In this document: piece after piece, positions 12,825-21,733 of the stretch
Layout: every line of letters starts with the position of its first letter
Position numbering within the stretch: the first letter of the stretch is position 1
From: Rhabdothermincola salaria
Lineage (GTDB): Bacteria > Actinomycetota > Acidimicrobiia > Acidimicrobiales > Acidimicrobilacustridaceae
DNA length: 64,000 nucleotides
Assembly (NCBI RefSeq): GCF_021246445.1
Contig: NZ_JAJQXW010000003.1
Span: 248,001-312,000 of the forward strand
Direction of reading: 5' to 3'
Program-made: the position numbers and the translations under genes
Notes under the pieces: model-generated
Database searches by the model: none
Told to the model about the DNA's origin: nothing
Seen by the model: the letters and a program-made list of their open reading frames with translations, nothing else

Positions 12825-13703
12825 TCAGGCCCGGTCGAGCCCGGAGGCGGCGGCGGAGGTGCGCCGCGGCTGGTGTGGCTCCCACCGGGGCGCGCCGAAG
12901 GCCGCCTCGGGGACGTCGCCCAGGATCGTGACCCGACTGATCATGCGCGGCTCCTCGAAGTCGTTCACGGCGAGGTGCTGGGTGCAGCGGTTGTCCCACA
13001 GCCCGATCGTGCCCGGCGCCCACGAGTACCGGCAGGTGAAGTGCGGTTGGCTGCTCCAGTCGAAGAGGAAGGCCAGCAGGGCCTCGCTCTCGTCGCGGCC
13101 CAGCTGCGGGATGCGTCGGGTGAACTGTCGGTTCACGAACAGGCACGGTCGGCCGGTCTCGGGGTGCCGGCGAACGACCGGGTGCTCGGCCTGTCGTTCG
13201 GGGTGGCCGTAGTTGGCGGCGCTGTGGATCGCGGTGAGCCCGTCGAGCATCGCCCGCATCGGTTCCGCCAGGCGCTCGTACGCCAGGTACTGGTTCGACC
13301 ACATCGTGTCGCCACCGGAGCGGGGCATGGTGTGGGCCTGCAGCACCGAGCAGAGCGGCGGCGAGGCATCGAAGGTGACGTCGGTGTGCCACACGTCGGC
13401 CACGTAGCCGTCGTCGGCCCGCAGCACCACGATCTCGGGGTGGTCGTCGTCGAGCTTCGGGATGAACGGGTGGATCTCGGCCTCACCGAAGCGGGTGGCG
13501 AAGGCCACGTGCTCGTCGGGGGTGAGATCCTGGCCGGGGAAGAACAGCACCAGGTGGTCGAGCAACAACGATCGCACCGTCTCGAACCCGCGGTCGTCGA
13601 TCGAGCGCAGGTCGAGCCCGTGGACCTCGGCGCCGAGGGCGCCACCCGTGGAGTGCACCTGCACGTGGACCGCCGGTGCCGTACGGCCCTCGGTCTGCGT
13701 CAT
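12825..13703 (-). CDS. TauD/TfdA-family 2-oxoglutarate-dependent dioxygenase
   Basis: WHTDVTF, GGDTMW, HPVVRRHPETGR, WDNRCTQH. Confidence 0.92.
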   Translation of the reverse strand: MTQTEGRTAPAVHVQVHSTGGALGAEVHGLDLRSIDDRGFETVRSLLLDHLVLFFPGQDLTPDEHVAFATRFGEAEIHPFIPKLDDDHPEIVVLRADDGYVADVWHTDVTFDASPPLCSVLQAHTMPRSGGDTMWSNQYLAYERLAEPMRAMLDGLTAIHSAANYGHPERQAEHPVVRRHPETGRPCLFVNRQFTRRIPQLGRDESEALLAFLFDWSSQPHFTCRYSWAPGTIGLWDNRCTQHLAVNDFEEPRMISRVTILGDVPEAAFGAPRWEPHQPRRTSAAASGLDRA

Positions 13704-13873
13704 CGACCTTCCCCCTCACCTCTCCGAACGCCGGTGCCTCCCGCCGAGACGGGTGGCACCCTCACCGCGAAGGTGTCGCGGTCGACCGCCTTCACGGTGG
13801 CGCTCGAGTGCGACAGATCCGCAGGGCATCGTCCCACAGCCGTCGGGGTCGGTGTCCCGCGAGGCGGATCCGA

Positions 13874-14779
13874 TCAGGAACGGCGAGCGACCAGAGCTCG
13901 GGCCCGCCCCGCCAGGTCGACTGCGATCCGTGCCTCGACCAGTCCGGCCGCCGACGCCAGGGCCAGCGCCACGTCGGCCTGGTCGGGGGCCAGCTCCACC
14001 ACCAGCGACCCCTCGGCGGCCAGCCACCGGGGTGCGTCGGCCACGATGTGGCGGATGTCGTCGAGACCGTCGGATCCGGCGAACAACGCACCCGCCGGCT
14101 CCCAGTCGCGCACGACCGCCGGCAACTCGTCGCCGTCGGCGACGTAGGGCGGGTTCGACACGAGGAGGTCGACGGTGCCGGCCAGGTCAGTGGGCAGCGC
14201 CTCGAACCACGATCCTTCGGTCAGCCGGATCCGGGCCGCGGCCGCGCCCAGGCCGGCGAGGTTGGCGCGGGCCACCTCGAGGGCCTCGGACGAGGCATCG
14301 GTGGCCCAGACCTCCACCGTGCGGCGCTCGACGGCCACCGACAAGGCGATGGCCCCCGAGCCGGTGCCCAGGTCGACGACGCACGGCGTCCGGCCCTCGT
14401 GCCGGGCCGCCGGGATGGACCGATCGAGCTCGGCCAGCGCCACGTCCACGACCGTCTCGGTCTCCGGCCGGGGGATGAGCACCCGAGCGTCGACGAACAG
14501 ATCGAGGGTGCGGAAGCCCCAGCGACCGAGCACGTACTGCAACGGCTCCCCGCGGAGGCGACGCTCGAGCATGAGGTCGAAGAAGTGCACACCTCGTTCG
14601 GTGGCGGGCTCGTCGAGCCCGAGCACCAGCTCGGCGCCTTCGAACCCGGAGGCCCGCTCCACGATGCACCGGGCGTCGAGGACCGGGTCGCTGTCGGCCG
14701 GCCCGGCGTCGGCGAGACGGCGCCGGGCCTCGGCCCTCAGCTGTCGCCACGAGACGGTTCCCTCGGGGGCCCCGGCCAT
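13874..14779 (-). CDS. prmC: Release factor glutamine methyltransferase
   Basis: GEPLQYVLG, VLIPRPETE, DLGTGSGAIA, SNPPY. Confidence 0.95.
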   Translation of the reverse strand: MAGAPEGTVSWRQLRAEARRRLADAGPADSDPVLDARCIVERASGFEGAELVLGLDEPATERGVHFFDLMLERRLRGEPLQYVLGRWGFRTLDLFVDARVLIPRPETETVVDVALAELDRSIPAARHEGRTPCVVDLGTGSGAIALSVAVERRTVEVWATDASSEALEVARANLAGLGAAAARIRLTEGSWFEALPTDLAGTVDLLVSNPPYVADGDELPAVVRDWEPAGALFAGSDGLDDIRHIVADAPRWLAAEGSLVVELAPDQADVALALASAAGLVEARIAVDLAGRARALVARRS

Positions 14780-14787
14780 CGATGCCC

Positions 14788-15858
14788 TCAGTCGTGCTCG
14801 GCCAGCTGCGCGGCGCGCTCGTCGCCCACGAGCGCGTCGACCACCTCGTCGAGCTCCCCCGCCAGCACCTTGTCGAGCTTGTAGAGGGTGAGCCCGATGC
14901 GGTGGTCCGTGACCCGGTTCTCCTTGAAGTTGTAGGTGCGCACCTTCTCGGAGCGGCCGCCGCCGCCGACCTGGGCGCGACGGGCGCCCGACGCCTCCGA
15001 CGCCTGGCGTTCCTGCTCGGCCTGCAGCAACCGGCTGCGCAGCACGCGCAGCGCCTTCTCGCGGTTCTGGATCTGGCTCTTCTCGTCCTGCATGGCCACC
15101 ACCACGCCCGTGGGCAGGTGGGTGATGCGCACCGCCGAATCGGTGGTGTTGACCGACTGCCCTCCCGGCCCCGAGGAGCGGTAGACGTCGATGCGCAGGT
15201 CGTTGGGGTCGATGGCGACGTCGACCTCGTCGGCCTCGGGGAGCACGGTGACGGTGGCCGACGAGGTGTGGATGCGGCCCTGGCTCTCGGTCACCGGGAC
15301 CCGCTGCACCCGATGGGGGCCGCCCTCGTGCTTCATGCGGGTCCAGACGCCGTCGCCGGCCAGACGGAAGGTGATGTCGCTGTAGCCACCGAGGTCCGAC
15401 TCCTGGGCGTCCATGATCTCGAACCTCCAGCCCATGCGGGCGGCGAAGGCGCGGTACATCTCGAACAGGTCCCGGGCGAAGAGGTTCGCCTCCTCACCGC
15501 CCTCGGCCCCGCGCACCTCGACGATGACGTTGCGCCCGGCGTTGGGATCGCTCGGCAGCAACAGGAGCTTCACCTCTTCGTCGAGGCGGGCGATGGCCGC
15601 CTCGGCGGCGTCGATCTCGTCGCGGAGCATGACTCGGTCGTCGCCGTCGGCGTCGCCGTACATCTCCCGGGCCGTGGCCAGGTCGGCCGAGGCCTGACGC
15701 AGCTCACGCAGACGGTCGACGAGACCGCCGAGCTCCCGATAGCGGCGGCTCAGCTCCGCGTAGCGGCGCTGGTCGGCGATGATCGCCGGGTCGGCGAGAG
15801 ATCGCTCGACCTCGGCCAGCTCGCGCTCGAGGCCGTCGAGGCGGTCGACGAGGCTCAT
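14788..15858 (-). CDS. prfA: Peptide chain release factor 1
   Basis: RVPVTES (PxT), GPGGQSVNTTDSAVR. Confidence 0.97.
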   Translation of the reverse strand: MSLVDRLDGLERELAEVERSLADPAIIADQRRYAELSRRYRELGGLVDRLRELRQASADLATAREMYGDADGDDRVMLRDEIDAAEAAIARLDEEVKLLLLPSDPNAGRNVIVEVRGAEGGEEANLFARDLFEMYRAFAARMGWRFEIMDAQESDLGGYSDITFRLAGDGVWTRMKHEGGPHRVQRVPVTESQGRIHTSSATVTVLPEADEVDVAIDPNDLRIDVYRSSGPGGQSVNTTDSAVRITHLPTGVVVAMQDEKSQIQNREKALRVLRSRLLQAEQERQASEASGARRAQVGGGGRSEKVRTYNFKENRVTDHRIGLTLYKLDKVLAGELDEVVDALVGDERAAQLAEHD

Positions 15859-16904
15859 CGGGGCCGGGGCCGGCCGCGCAGGCCGTGGCGCCAGTCGCCG
15901 GGCACGGGGTGGAGCTCGGCCGGACGGGCGAGGTCGTCGACCAACCGGCGGGTCACCGGGTGGGCGTCTCGCTCGGGGACCACGACGACGAGGCGGGCCT
16001 CCGGCTGGAGCGCCTGGCGGGCATCGGCAGCCGCGGGCACCAGGTCGAGGTCGATCCCCACCGAGCAGGCCACCACGACGGGCGTGCCGTCGGGGTCGTC
16101 GCCGAACGCGACGGCGGGCGCCACGTCCTTGACCCCGTCGCGGGCGATGGTGGGCTCAGCCGGCGCCAGTTGGCGGGCCCCGACGGCGGCGGGGTCGGCC
16201 ATGACGATCGAACGCAGCCACCGCTCGGCGGCCAGGCGTCCGAGCGGGTGCGCCTCGGCGTCGCTGGCGCGGTGGCGTCGCACCTGGTCGACCACCCCGG
16301 CCAGGGCCTCGGCGGTCGGGACCTCGCCGTGGAGCATGGCGAAGGCCTCGCGGTCGTGTCGCCCGACGCCCACCTCGATGCGAGCCGTCGTTTCCCCGGT
16401 GGCGTCGCGGTCGTCGACGACGACCCGAGCCACCTCGAGTCCGAGGACCTCGCCGCGGATCTCGCCCCGCTCGACGACGACCTCGACCCCCGCACCGTGC
16501 AGCAACGCCACCTGCTCGCGGGCGATGGCCGGCGGCTCGAGGGCCGGTGGCGGGTCGACCGGTTCGGCCGGACGGATGGAGCGTCCCTCCACCTGCCACA
16601 CCCGAGGTGGACGACCGAACAGCTCGGCGCGGCGAGCGAGCACCCCGGCCGCCTCGACGTCGTCGACGATGAGGTGCAGCTCGCCGAGTCGCTCCCGTCG
16701 GGCCCAGACCAGCGCTCGGCCGAGCCCGGCACCGGGCCGTTCGTCGAGCATGACCCAGCCCCGTTCGCCGGCGCGCAGGGTCGCCCCCCCGGGGAAGGTC
16801 CCGGGGACGACGTCGTCCGTCGGGGCCGGGTCGATGGCGTCGGAGATGAGCGCCCGCAACTTGGCTGCGAGCAGGCGAGAACGCTGTTCCGGGTCGAGGG
16901 AGAC
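15855..16904 (-). CDS. Hypothetical protein between rpmE and prfA (start uncertain)
   Basis: ~350-codon frame with GC3-rich codons; its stop overlaps the prfA ATG (ATGA). Confidence 0.7.
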   Translation of the reverse strand, partial: VSLDPEQRSRLLAAKLRALISDAIDPAPTDDVVPGTFPGGATLRAGERGWVMLDERPGAGLGRALVWARRERLGELHLIVDDVEAAGVLARRAELFGRPPRVWQVEGRSIRPAEPVDPPPALEPPAIAREQVALLHGAGVEVVVERGEIRGEVLGLEVARVVVDDRDATGETTARIEVGVGRHDREAFAMLHGEVPTAEALAGVVDQVRRHRASDAEAHPLGRLAAERWLRSIVMADPAAVGARQLAPAEPTIARDGVKDVAPAVAFGDDPDGTPVVVACSVGIDLDLVPAAADARQALQPEARLVVVVPERDAHPVTRRLVDDLARPAELHPVPGDWRHGLRGRPRPR

Positions 16905-16944
16905 GGCTGGCCCCTTGGGACGAGTGGCCGCGAGCGGACCGGTG

Positions 16945-17154
16945 CTACTTGCCGCGGCGCTTGCCGTAGCGCTTCTCGAACTTCTCGATGCGCCCGCCGG
17001 TGTCCACCAGCTTCTGCTTGCCCGTGTAGAAGGGGTGGCACTCACTGCAGAGCTCCGAGGTGAGCTCGGACCTGGTGGATCGCGTCGTGAACGTGTTGCC
17101 ACACGAGCACTTCACCGTGGCTTCGGCGTAGTCGGGATGGATGTCGGCCTTCAT
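16945..17154 (-). CDS. rpmE: 50S ribosomal protein L31 (Zn-binding C+ form)
   Basis: MKADIHPDY...CSCGN...[24 protein letters not shown]. Confidence 0.97.
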   Translation of the reverse strand: MKADIHPDYAEATVKCSCGNTFTTRSTRSELTSELCSECHPFYTGKQKLVDTGGRIEKFEKRYGKRRGK

Positions 17155-17239
17155 GGCGCACTCCGGAGGGAAAGAACGGACTGTCAAGTGTGCCGGTCGC
17201 GAGCTGGAATCGCAATCCGACGGGTGTGGGGACCGGGTC

Positions 17240-19150
17240 TCAGGCCTTGCCGAGCTCGTCGAGGAAGGCCTCGTTGGTCTTGAACTGGCCCAGGCGGTCG
17301 ACGAGCATCTCGAGGCCGGCGCCACCGCGGCCGGACTCCGCGGCGAGGCCGCTCAGCACCCGACGCAGCTTCCAGACCTTGTCGAGCTGCTTGCGCTCGA
17401 AGAGGAGCTCCTCGTGACGGGTCGAGGATCCGTCGACGTCGATCGCCGGGTAGATCCGCCGCTCGGCCAGGCGTCGATCGAGGCGGAGCTCCATGTTCCC
17501 CGTGCCCTTGAACTCCTCGAAGATGACCTCGTCCATCTTGGAGCCGGTCTCGACCAGCGCCGTGGCGAGGATGGTGAGGGACCCACCCTCTTCGAGGTTG
17601 CGGGCGGCACCGAAGAACTTCTTGGGCGGGTAGAGCGCGGCGGTGTCGATGCCTCCGCTCATCACCCGACCGGTACCGGGGGCGGCCAGGTTGTAGGCGC
17701 GGGCCAGGCGAGTGATGCCGTCGAGGATCACCACCACGTCCTTGCCCTCCTCGACCAGGCGCTTGGCCCGCTCGATGGCGAGCTCGGCGACGGCCGTGTG
17801 CTCCTCGACGGGCCGGTCGAAGGTCGACGCCACCACCTCGCCGTTCACCGAACGACGCATGTCGGTGACCTCTTCGGGGCGCTCGTCCACGAGGAGCACC
17901 ATCAGGTGCACCTCCGGGTCATTGGCCTCGATCGCCTTGGCGATCTGCTTCATGACCGTCGTCTTGCCCGCCTTGGGCGGCGACACGATGAGCCCCCGCT
18001 GGCCCTTGCCGATGGGGCAGATGAGGTCGATGATGCGGGCCGTCATGTCGTAGGGGCTCGACGTCCGTTCGAGGCGGAGCCGCTCGTCCGGGAACAACGG
18101 CGTGAGGTCCTCGAAGCGGCGACGCTGGCGGGCCGCGTCGAGGTCCACGCCGTTGACCGACTCGATGCGCAGCAGCGCCGGGTTCTTCTCGCTGCGGGTC
18201 GCCGGACGGCTGGTGCCCTTGATCAGGTCACCGGGCCGCAGCGAGAACTGACGGGCCTGCTTGACCGACACGTAGACGTCGTCGCGGCTGGGGAGATACC
18301 CCCGGACGCGGATGAAGCCGTAGCCCTCGTCCCGCAGATCGAGGAAGCCCTCCGCCTCGAGCGGCTCACCGGAGAAGGGCTCGTCGCCCCGATCCCCACG
18401 ATCGTTGCGCTCGCCTCGCTCACCACGGTCTCCGCCACGGTCACGGCCCCGGCGGCGGCGCCGGCGGCTGCCGGACTCACCCTCGTTGCCGGCCTGATCG
18501 TGGCCGGCCTGAACGTTGCCCGCCTGGTCGGGGCCGGCTCGGTCTCTGCCCGCTCGGTCGTCGCCCGCCTGGTCGTCGGTGCTCCGGGCCGTGTCGCCAC
18601 GACCGGCGGAGGTGGTCTCGTCGGCGCGATCACGCGAGCCACCGGCGGTGTCGGCCGAGTCCTCGCTGCTCGACGCGGCCCGGCCGGCACCGGCCTGCTG
18701 GCCACGGCCCCGCGACGATGAGGCCGCTCGGCTCTCGGAGGTCCCCGACGTGTCCGACGACGCGGCGGCCTCCTCGGTGGCCGCCTTGGAACGGCGCGAA
18801 CGACGCGACCGCGGCGCCGCGTCCTCGCTCTGCGCCTCCTGCGAGCTCGTCGCCTCGTCGGGGGCGGCCGCCTCGCCGTCCGTCGCGGGCACCGCCTTCT
18901 CGGAGCCTGCCCGCGACGTCCCCTTCGCGGACGAGTCCTTCGCCGACACCGACGCCGGCGTCTCGCTCGCCTCGTCGGGGACGGACTGGTCCTCGGTGAC
19001 ACCTGTCAGCTCGAGGATGAGGTCGACGATGTCGGCCTTCTTGGCTCGCGAGCCGGGCTTGCCGCCCAACGCCGTGGCGATGGTCATGAGCTCGTCTCGG
19101 TCCTTGCGGGCGAGCGCCGATCGTTCGAGCTGCTGGGACTCCGCGCTCAT
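17240..19150 (-). CDS. rho: Transcription termination factor Rho with long N-terminal insertion
   Basis: [50 protein letters not shown] 19150. Confidence 0.97.
   Translation of the reverse strand: MSAESQQLERSALARKDRDELMTIATALGGKPGSRAKKADIVDLILELTGVTEDQSVPDEASETPASVSAKDSSAKGTSRAGSEKAVPATDGEAAAPDEATSSQEAQSEDAAPRSRRSRRSKAATEEAAASSDTSGTSESRAASSSRGRGQQAGAGRAASSSEDSADTAGGSRDRADETTSAGRGDTARSTDDQAGDDRAGRDRAGPDQAGNVQAGHDQAGNEGESGSRRRRRRGRDRGGDRGERGERNDRGDRGDEPFSGEPLEAEGFLDLRDEGYGFIRVRGYLPSRDDVYVSVKQARQFSLRPGDLIKGTSRPATRSEKNPALLRIESVNGVDLDAARQRRRFEDLTPLFPDERLRLERTSSPYDMTARIIDLICPIGKGQRGLIVSPPKAGKTTVMKQIAKAIEANDPEVHLMVLLVDERPEEVTDMRRSVNGEVVASTFDRPVEEHTAVAELAIERAKRLVEEGKDVVVILDGITRLARAYNLAAPGTGRVMSGGIDTAALYPPKKFFGAARNLEEGGSLTILATALVETGSKMDEVIFEEFKGTGNMELRLDRRLAERRIYPAIDVDGSSTRHEELLFERKQLDKVWKLRRVLSGLAAESGRGGAGLEMLVDRLGQFKTNEAFLDELGKA
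18482..18577 (-). repeat. Degenerate 15-bp tandem repeat in the Rho insertion
   Basis: Encodes [30 protein letters not shown]. Confidence 0.7.
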
Positions 19151-19504
19151 GTCTGTGTGGACCTCGTGTGGGGAGAAGGGCTTGGGCCGCTCGCGCTCGT
19201 CGAGACGACGAGTCGGTCGGGAGCGCCGCGCCGGCGGCTGCCGGGGCCGGGTACCGCACGGTCGTGCGCTCGGGTGGAGCGGTCCGGGACGTGCGGTGTG
19301 CCGTCGCCGAGGCGACCGGTCGGGCGCTCGGGGAGCACCGTCGGCGGTCGACGGGCGGGCCAACCGTACCGGTGGGGGGTGGCGCCGGGCAACCCCTGCC
19401 GTCCTCCCCGGTGCGTTCCGGGACGGCTCGAGGGTCGGCGACGCCGGATCCCGCCCCTTCGGGCCGTCGACGAGGAGGACCGACGGCGATCTCGGACCTC
19501 TTCG

Positions 19505-19532
19505 TCATCCACCCTCGGACCCGGCGCCGTAG
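19505..19532 (+). promoter_or_regulatory. Candidate SigK-like ECF promoter for the DUF4397 gene
   Basis: TCATCC-N16-CCGTAG about 100 bp upstream of the ATG; resembles the CCATCC...CCGAA SigK pattern. Confidence 0.4.
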
Positions 19533-19629
19533 AACCGCCGACCACTCGATCAGTGGTAATTGCCCGGGAGGGCGCCAGAGGCCGCCGTGGCCTCGACTCC
19601 CGGACGGGACCCAAGGAGAACCACCACCG

Positions 19630-20424
19630 ATGACCACGATCCGCCGGAGGCCGCTCGTCGTCGCCTTCGCCCTCCTCGCCGCCATCGCCGTGGCCATCCC
19701 CACCTTCGGGGTGGGCCGGGCCTCGGCCGTCGACTCCCAGGTGTACATCGTGCACGGCATCCCCGGCGTCCCCGTCGACGTCTATGCCGGCGGCACGGCC
19801 GAGGCCAACCGGATCCTCACCGACTTCCAGCCGGGCGCCACCGCCGGTCCGCTCCCCATCCCCGAAGGCCCCCTCCCTGTCGTGGTCGTGGCCACCGGTG
19901 ACGACCCGACCGTGCCCGCCAACCAGGTGATCGACCAGACCCTCGACGTCCCGGGCGGCGCCGACCTGTCGGTCGTGGCCAACGTCCAGGGAGGCACCCC
20001 GAACCTCCAGGCCTTCGCCAACGACCTGAGCGAGGTGGCCGAGGGCTCGTCCCGCGTGACCGTGCGCCACACCGCCGACGCCCCGGCCGTGCAGGTCCTG
20101 GTGAACGGCGAGGTGGCCATCCCCGACCTGGCCCCCGGCGCCCAGGCCTCGGCCGTGCTGCCCGCCGGCACCTACGACATCGCCGTCCAGCTCACCGACG
20201 GCACGCCGCTGCCCGCCCTCTCCCCTGGCAGCGTCGAGATCCCGGCCGCCAAGAACGTCATCGTCTACGCGGTGGGATCGGCGAGCAACGTCGACTTCCC
20301 GCTCGGGCTGGTCCAGCAGGTGCTCGACGTCCCCGTCACCCCGGCTCCGGCTCCGGCCCCGGCGCCCGCCCCGGCTCCGAGCCATGCCGCTCCCGTGGCC
20401 GCTGTCCCCTCGGTGACCGGCTGA
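19630..20424 (+). CDS. Secreted DUF4397-domain protein
   Basis: AAGGAG RBS; signal peptide ending ASA; VYIVHGIPGVPVDVY and RVTVRHTADAPAVQV repeats; PA tether; ends PSVTG*. Confidence 0.85.
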   Translation: MTTIRRRPLVVAFALLAAIAVAIPTFGVGRASAVDSQVYIVHGIPGVPVDVYAGGTAEANRILTDFQPGATAGPLPIPEGPLPVVVVATGDDPTVPANQVIDQTLDVPGGADLSVVANVQGGTPNLQAFANDLSEVAEGSSRVTVRHTADAPAVQVLVNGEVAIPDLAPGAQASAVLPAGTYDIAVQLTDGTPLPALSPGSVEIPAAKNVIVYAVGSASNVDFPLGLVQQVLDVPVTPAPAPAPAPAPAPSHAAPVAAVPSVTG

Positions 20425-20468
20425 CCCCTTCGGCACCCGCCGTCGACGCCGGTCTCCGACCGGCACGC

Positions 20469-20499
20469 GCAGAGGCCCGGCCATCGGCCGGGCCTCTGC
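20469..20499. terminator. Bidirectional hairpin between convergent genes
   Basis: GCAGAGGCCCGGCC-atc-GGCCGGGCCTCTGC, 14-bp stem. Confidence 0.75.
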
Positions 20500-20518
20500 C
20501 GCGCGTCGACCGCCTCGG

Positions 20519-21664
20519 TCAGGACCGGATCAGGCGGGCCATGAGCTCGTGGCCCGGAACCGGCTCGAGCCCCTCGACCCCCGACTCGCTGTACGTGCCG
20601 CCTGCTCCGTCGACGGCGGAGTCGACGAGCAGGTACGGCACCGGCTCGGAGGTGTGGGTGCGGGTGGCCAACGGGGTGGCGTGGTCGGGCAGGAGCAGGA
20701 GCCGCCACGGTCCCATGGCGTCGAGCCCCGGGACGAGGTCGGCCAGGATGCGACGATCCCAGTTCTCCAGAGCCTTCACCTTCTCCTCGACGTCCCCGGC
20801 ATGGCCGGCCTCGTCGCTCGCCTCGACGTGGAGGATGAACAGGTCCGCCCCGCCGGCCAGAGCCTCGAGAGCGCAGTCGCGCTTGCCCTCGTAGTCGGTG
20901 TCGTACCAGCCCGTCGCCGTGGGCAGGTCGACCGCCCGCACGTCGGTGAGCACGCCGAGCCCTCGCACCAGGTCGACGGCGGTCACGAGGGCGGCGTCGA
21001 GACCGTAGGTCTCGGCGAAGGAGGGCATCTGGGGCTGGAACCCCTGGCCCCAGAGCCAGATCTGGTTGGCCCCGATGGGCGAGGGGCCCACGATGGCGCG
21101 AGAGGCGTCCATGAGCCGCTGCAGCGAGGGCGCGGCCGGCCCGGTGGGCCACACGGCGGCCTGGCCGGTGAGGTCGTGGGGAGGCGTGCACTCCGCCTCC
21201 ACCCAGTCCTTGGGGGCCACCACGATGTGGCGGTACTGCACGCCGGGGTGGAACGACACGCCGTCGCCCCCCAGCTCGGCCTGCAACGACTCGACGACCG
21301 CCGCGGCCTCCTCGGTGGAGGGATGGCCGCCGGCGAAGTCGACCATGGTCCCGTCGTCGCCGATGGTCACGAGGTTGCAGCGGTAGGCGACCTGGTCGGA
21401 CTCGAGCTTCAAGCCGAGGGCGGCCGCCTCGATGGGGGCGCGACCGGTGTGGTAGCGGGCCGGGTCGTATCCGAAGATCGACATGTTGCCGACGTCGGAG
21501 CCAGGAGGGAACCCGTCCGGGATCACCGCCGCCCGCCCCACCTCGCCGCGGGCGGCCAGCGCCCGCAGGTTGGGCAGGTCGGCCGCTTCGAGGGGCGTGC
21601 GCCCTCCGAGCTCGGCCACCGGCTCGTCGGCACAACCGTCGGGGACGCAGACCACGTACTTCAT
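20519..21664 (-). CDS. apgM: ApgM-family cofactor-independent phosphoglycerate mutase / proposed alternative homoserine kinase
   Basis: PDGCADEP, TPLEAA, PGSDVGNMSIFGYDP, HVEASDEAGH, PDHATP; follows hom-thrC. Confidence 0.85.
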   Translation of the reverse strand: MKYVVCVPDGCADEPVAELGGRTPLEAADLPNLRALAARGEVGRAAVIPDGFPPGSDVGNMSIFGYDPARYHTGRAPIEAAALGLKLESDQVAYRCNLVTIGDDGTMVDFAGGHPSTEEAAAVVESLQAELGGDGVSFHPGVQYRHIVVAPKDWVEAECTPPHDLTGQAAVWPTGPAAPSLQRLMDASRAIVGPSPIGANQIWLWGQGFQPQMPSFAETYGLDAALVTAVDLVRGLGVLTDVRAVDLPTATGWYDTDYEGKRDCALEALAGGADLFILHVEASDEAGHAGDVEEKVKALENWDRRILADLVPGLDAMGPWRLLLLPDHATPLATRTHTSEPVPYLLVDSAVDGAGGTYSESGVEGLEPVPGHELMARLIRS

Positions 21665-21733
21665 GACCTCGATGATGGCCCAACGCCGCTCCGGCCGGGG
21701 CATCGAACCCGGTGAGCCCCTACGGGGGCCGAC

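Noticed and set aside
20422..20545. UGA readthrough or selenocysteine recoding that would add a TM anchor after the ...TG* tails
   Set aside because: Reading through 20422-20424 gives PLRHPPSTPVSDRHAQRPG... with no hydrophobic helix. The second gene hits another TGA two codons later.
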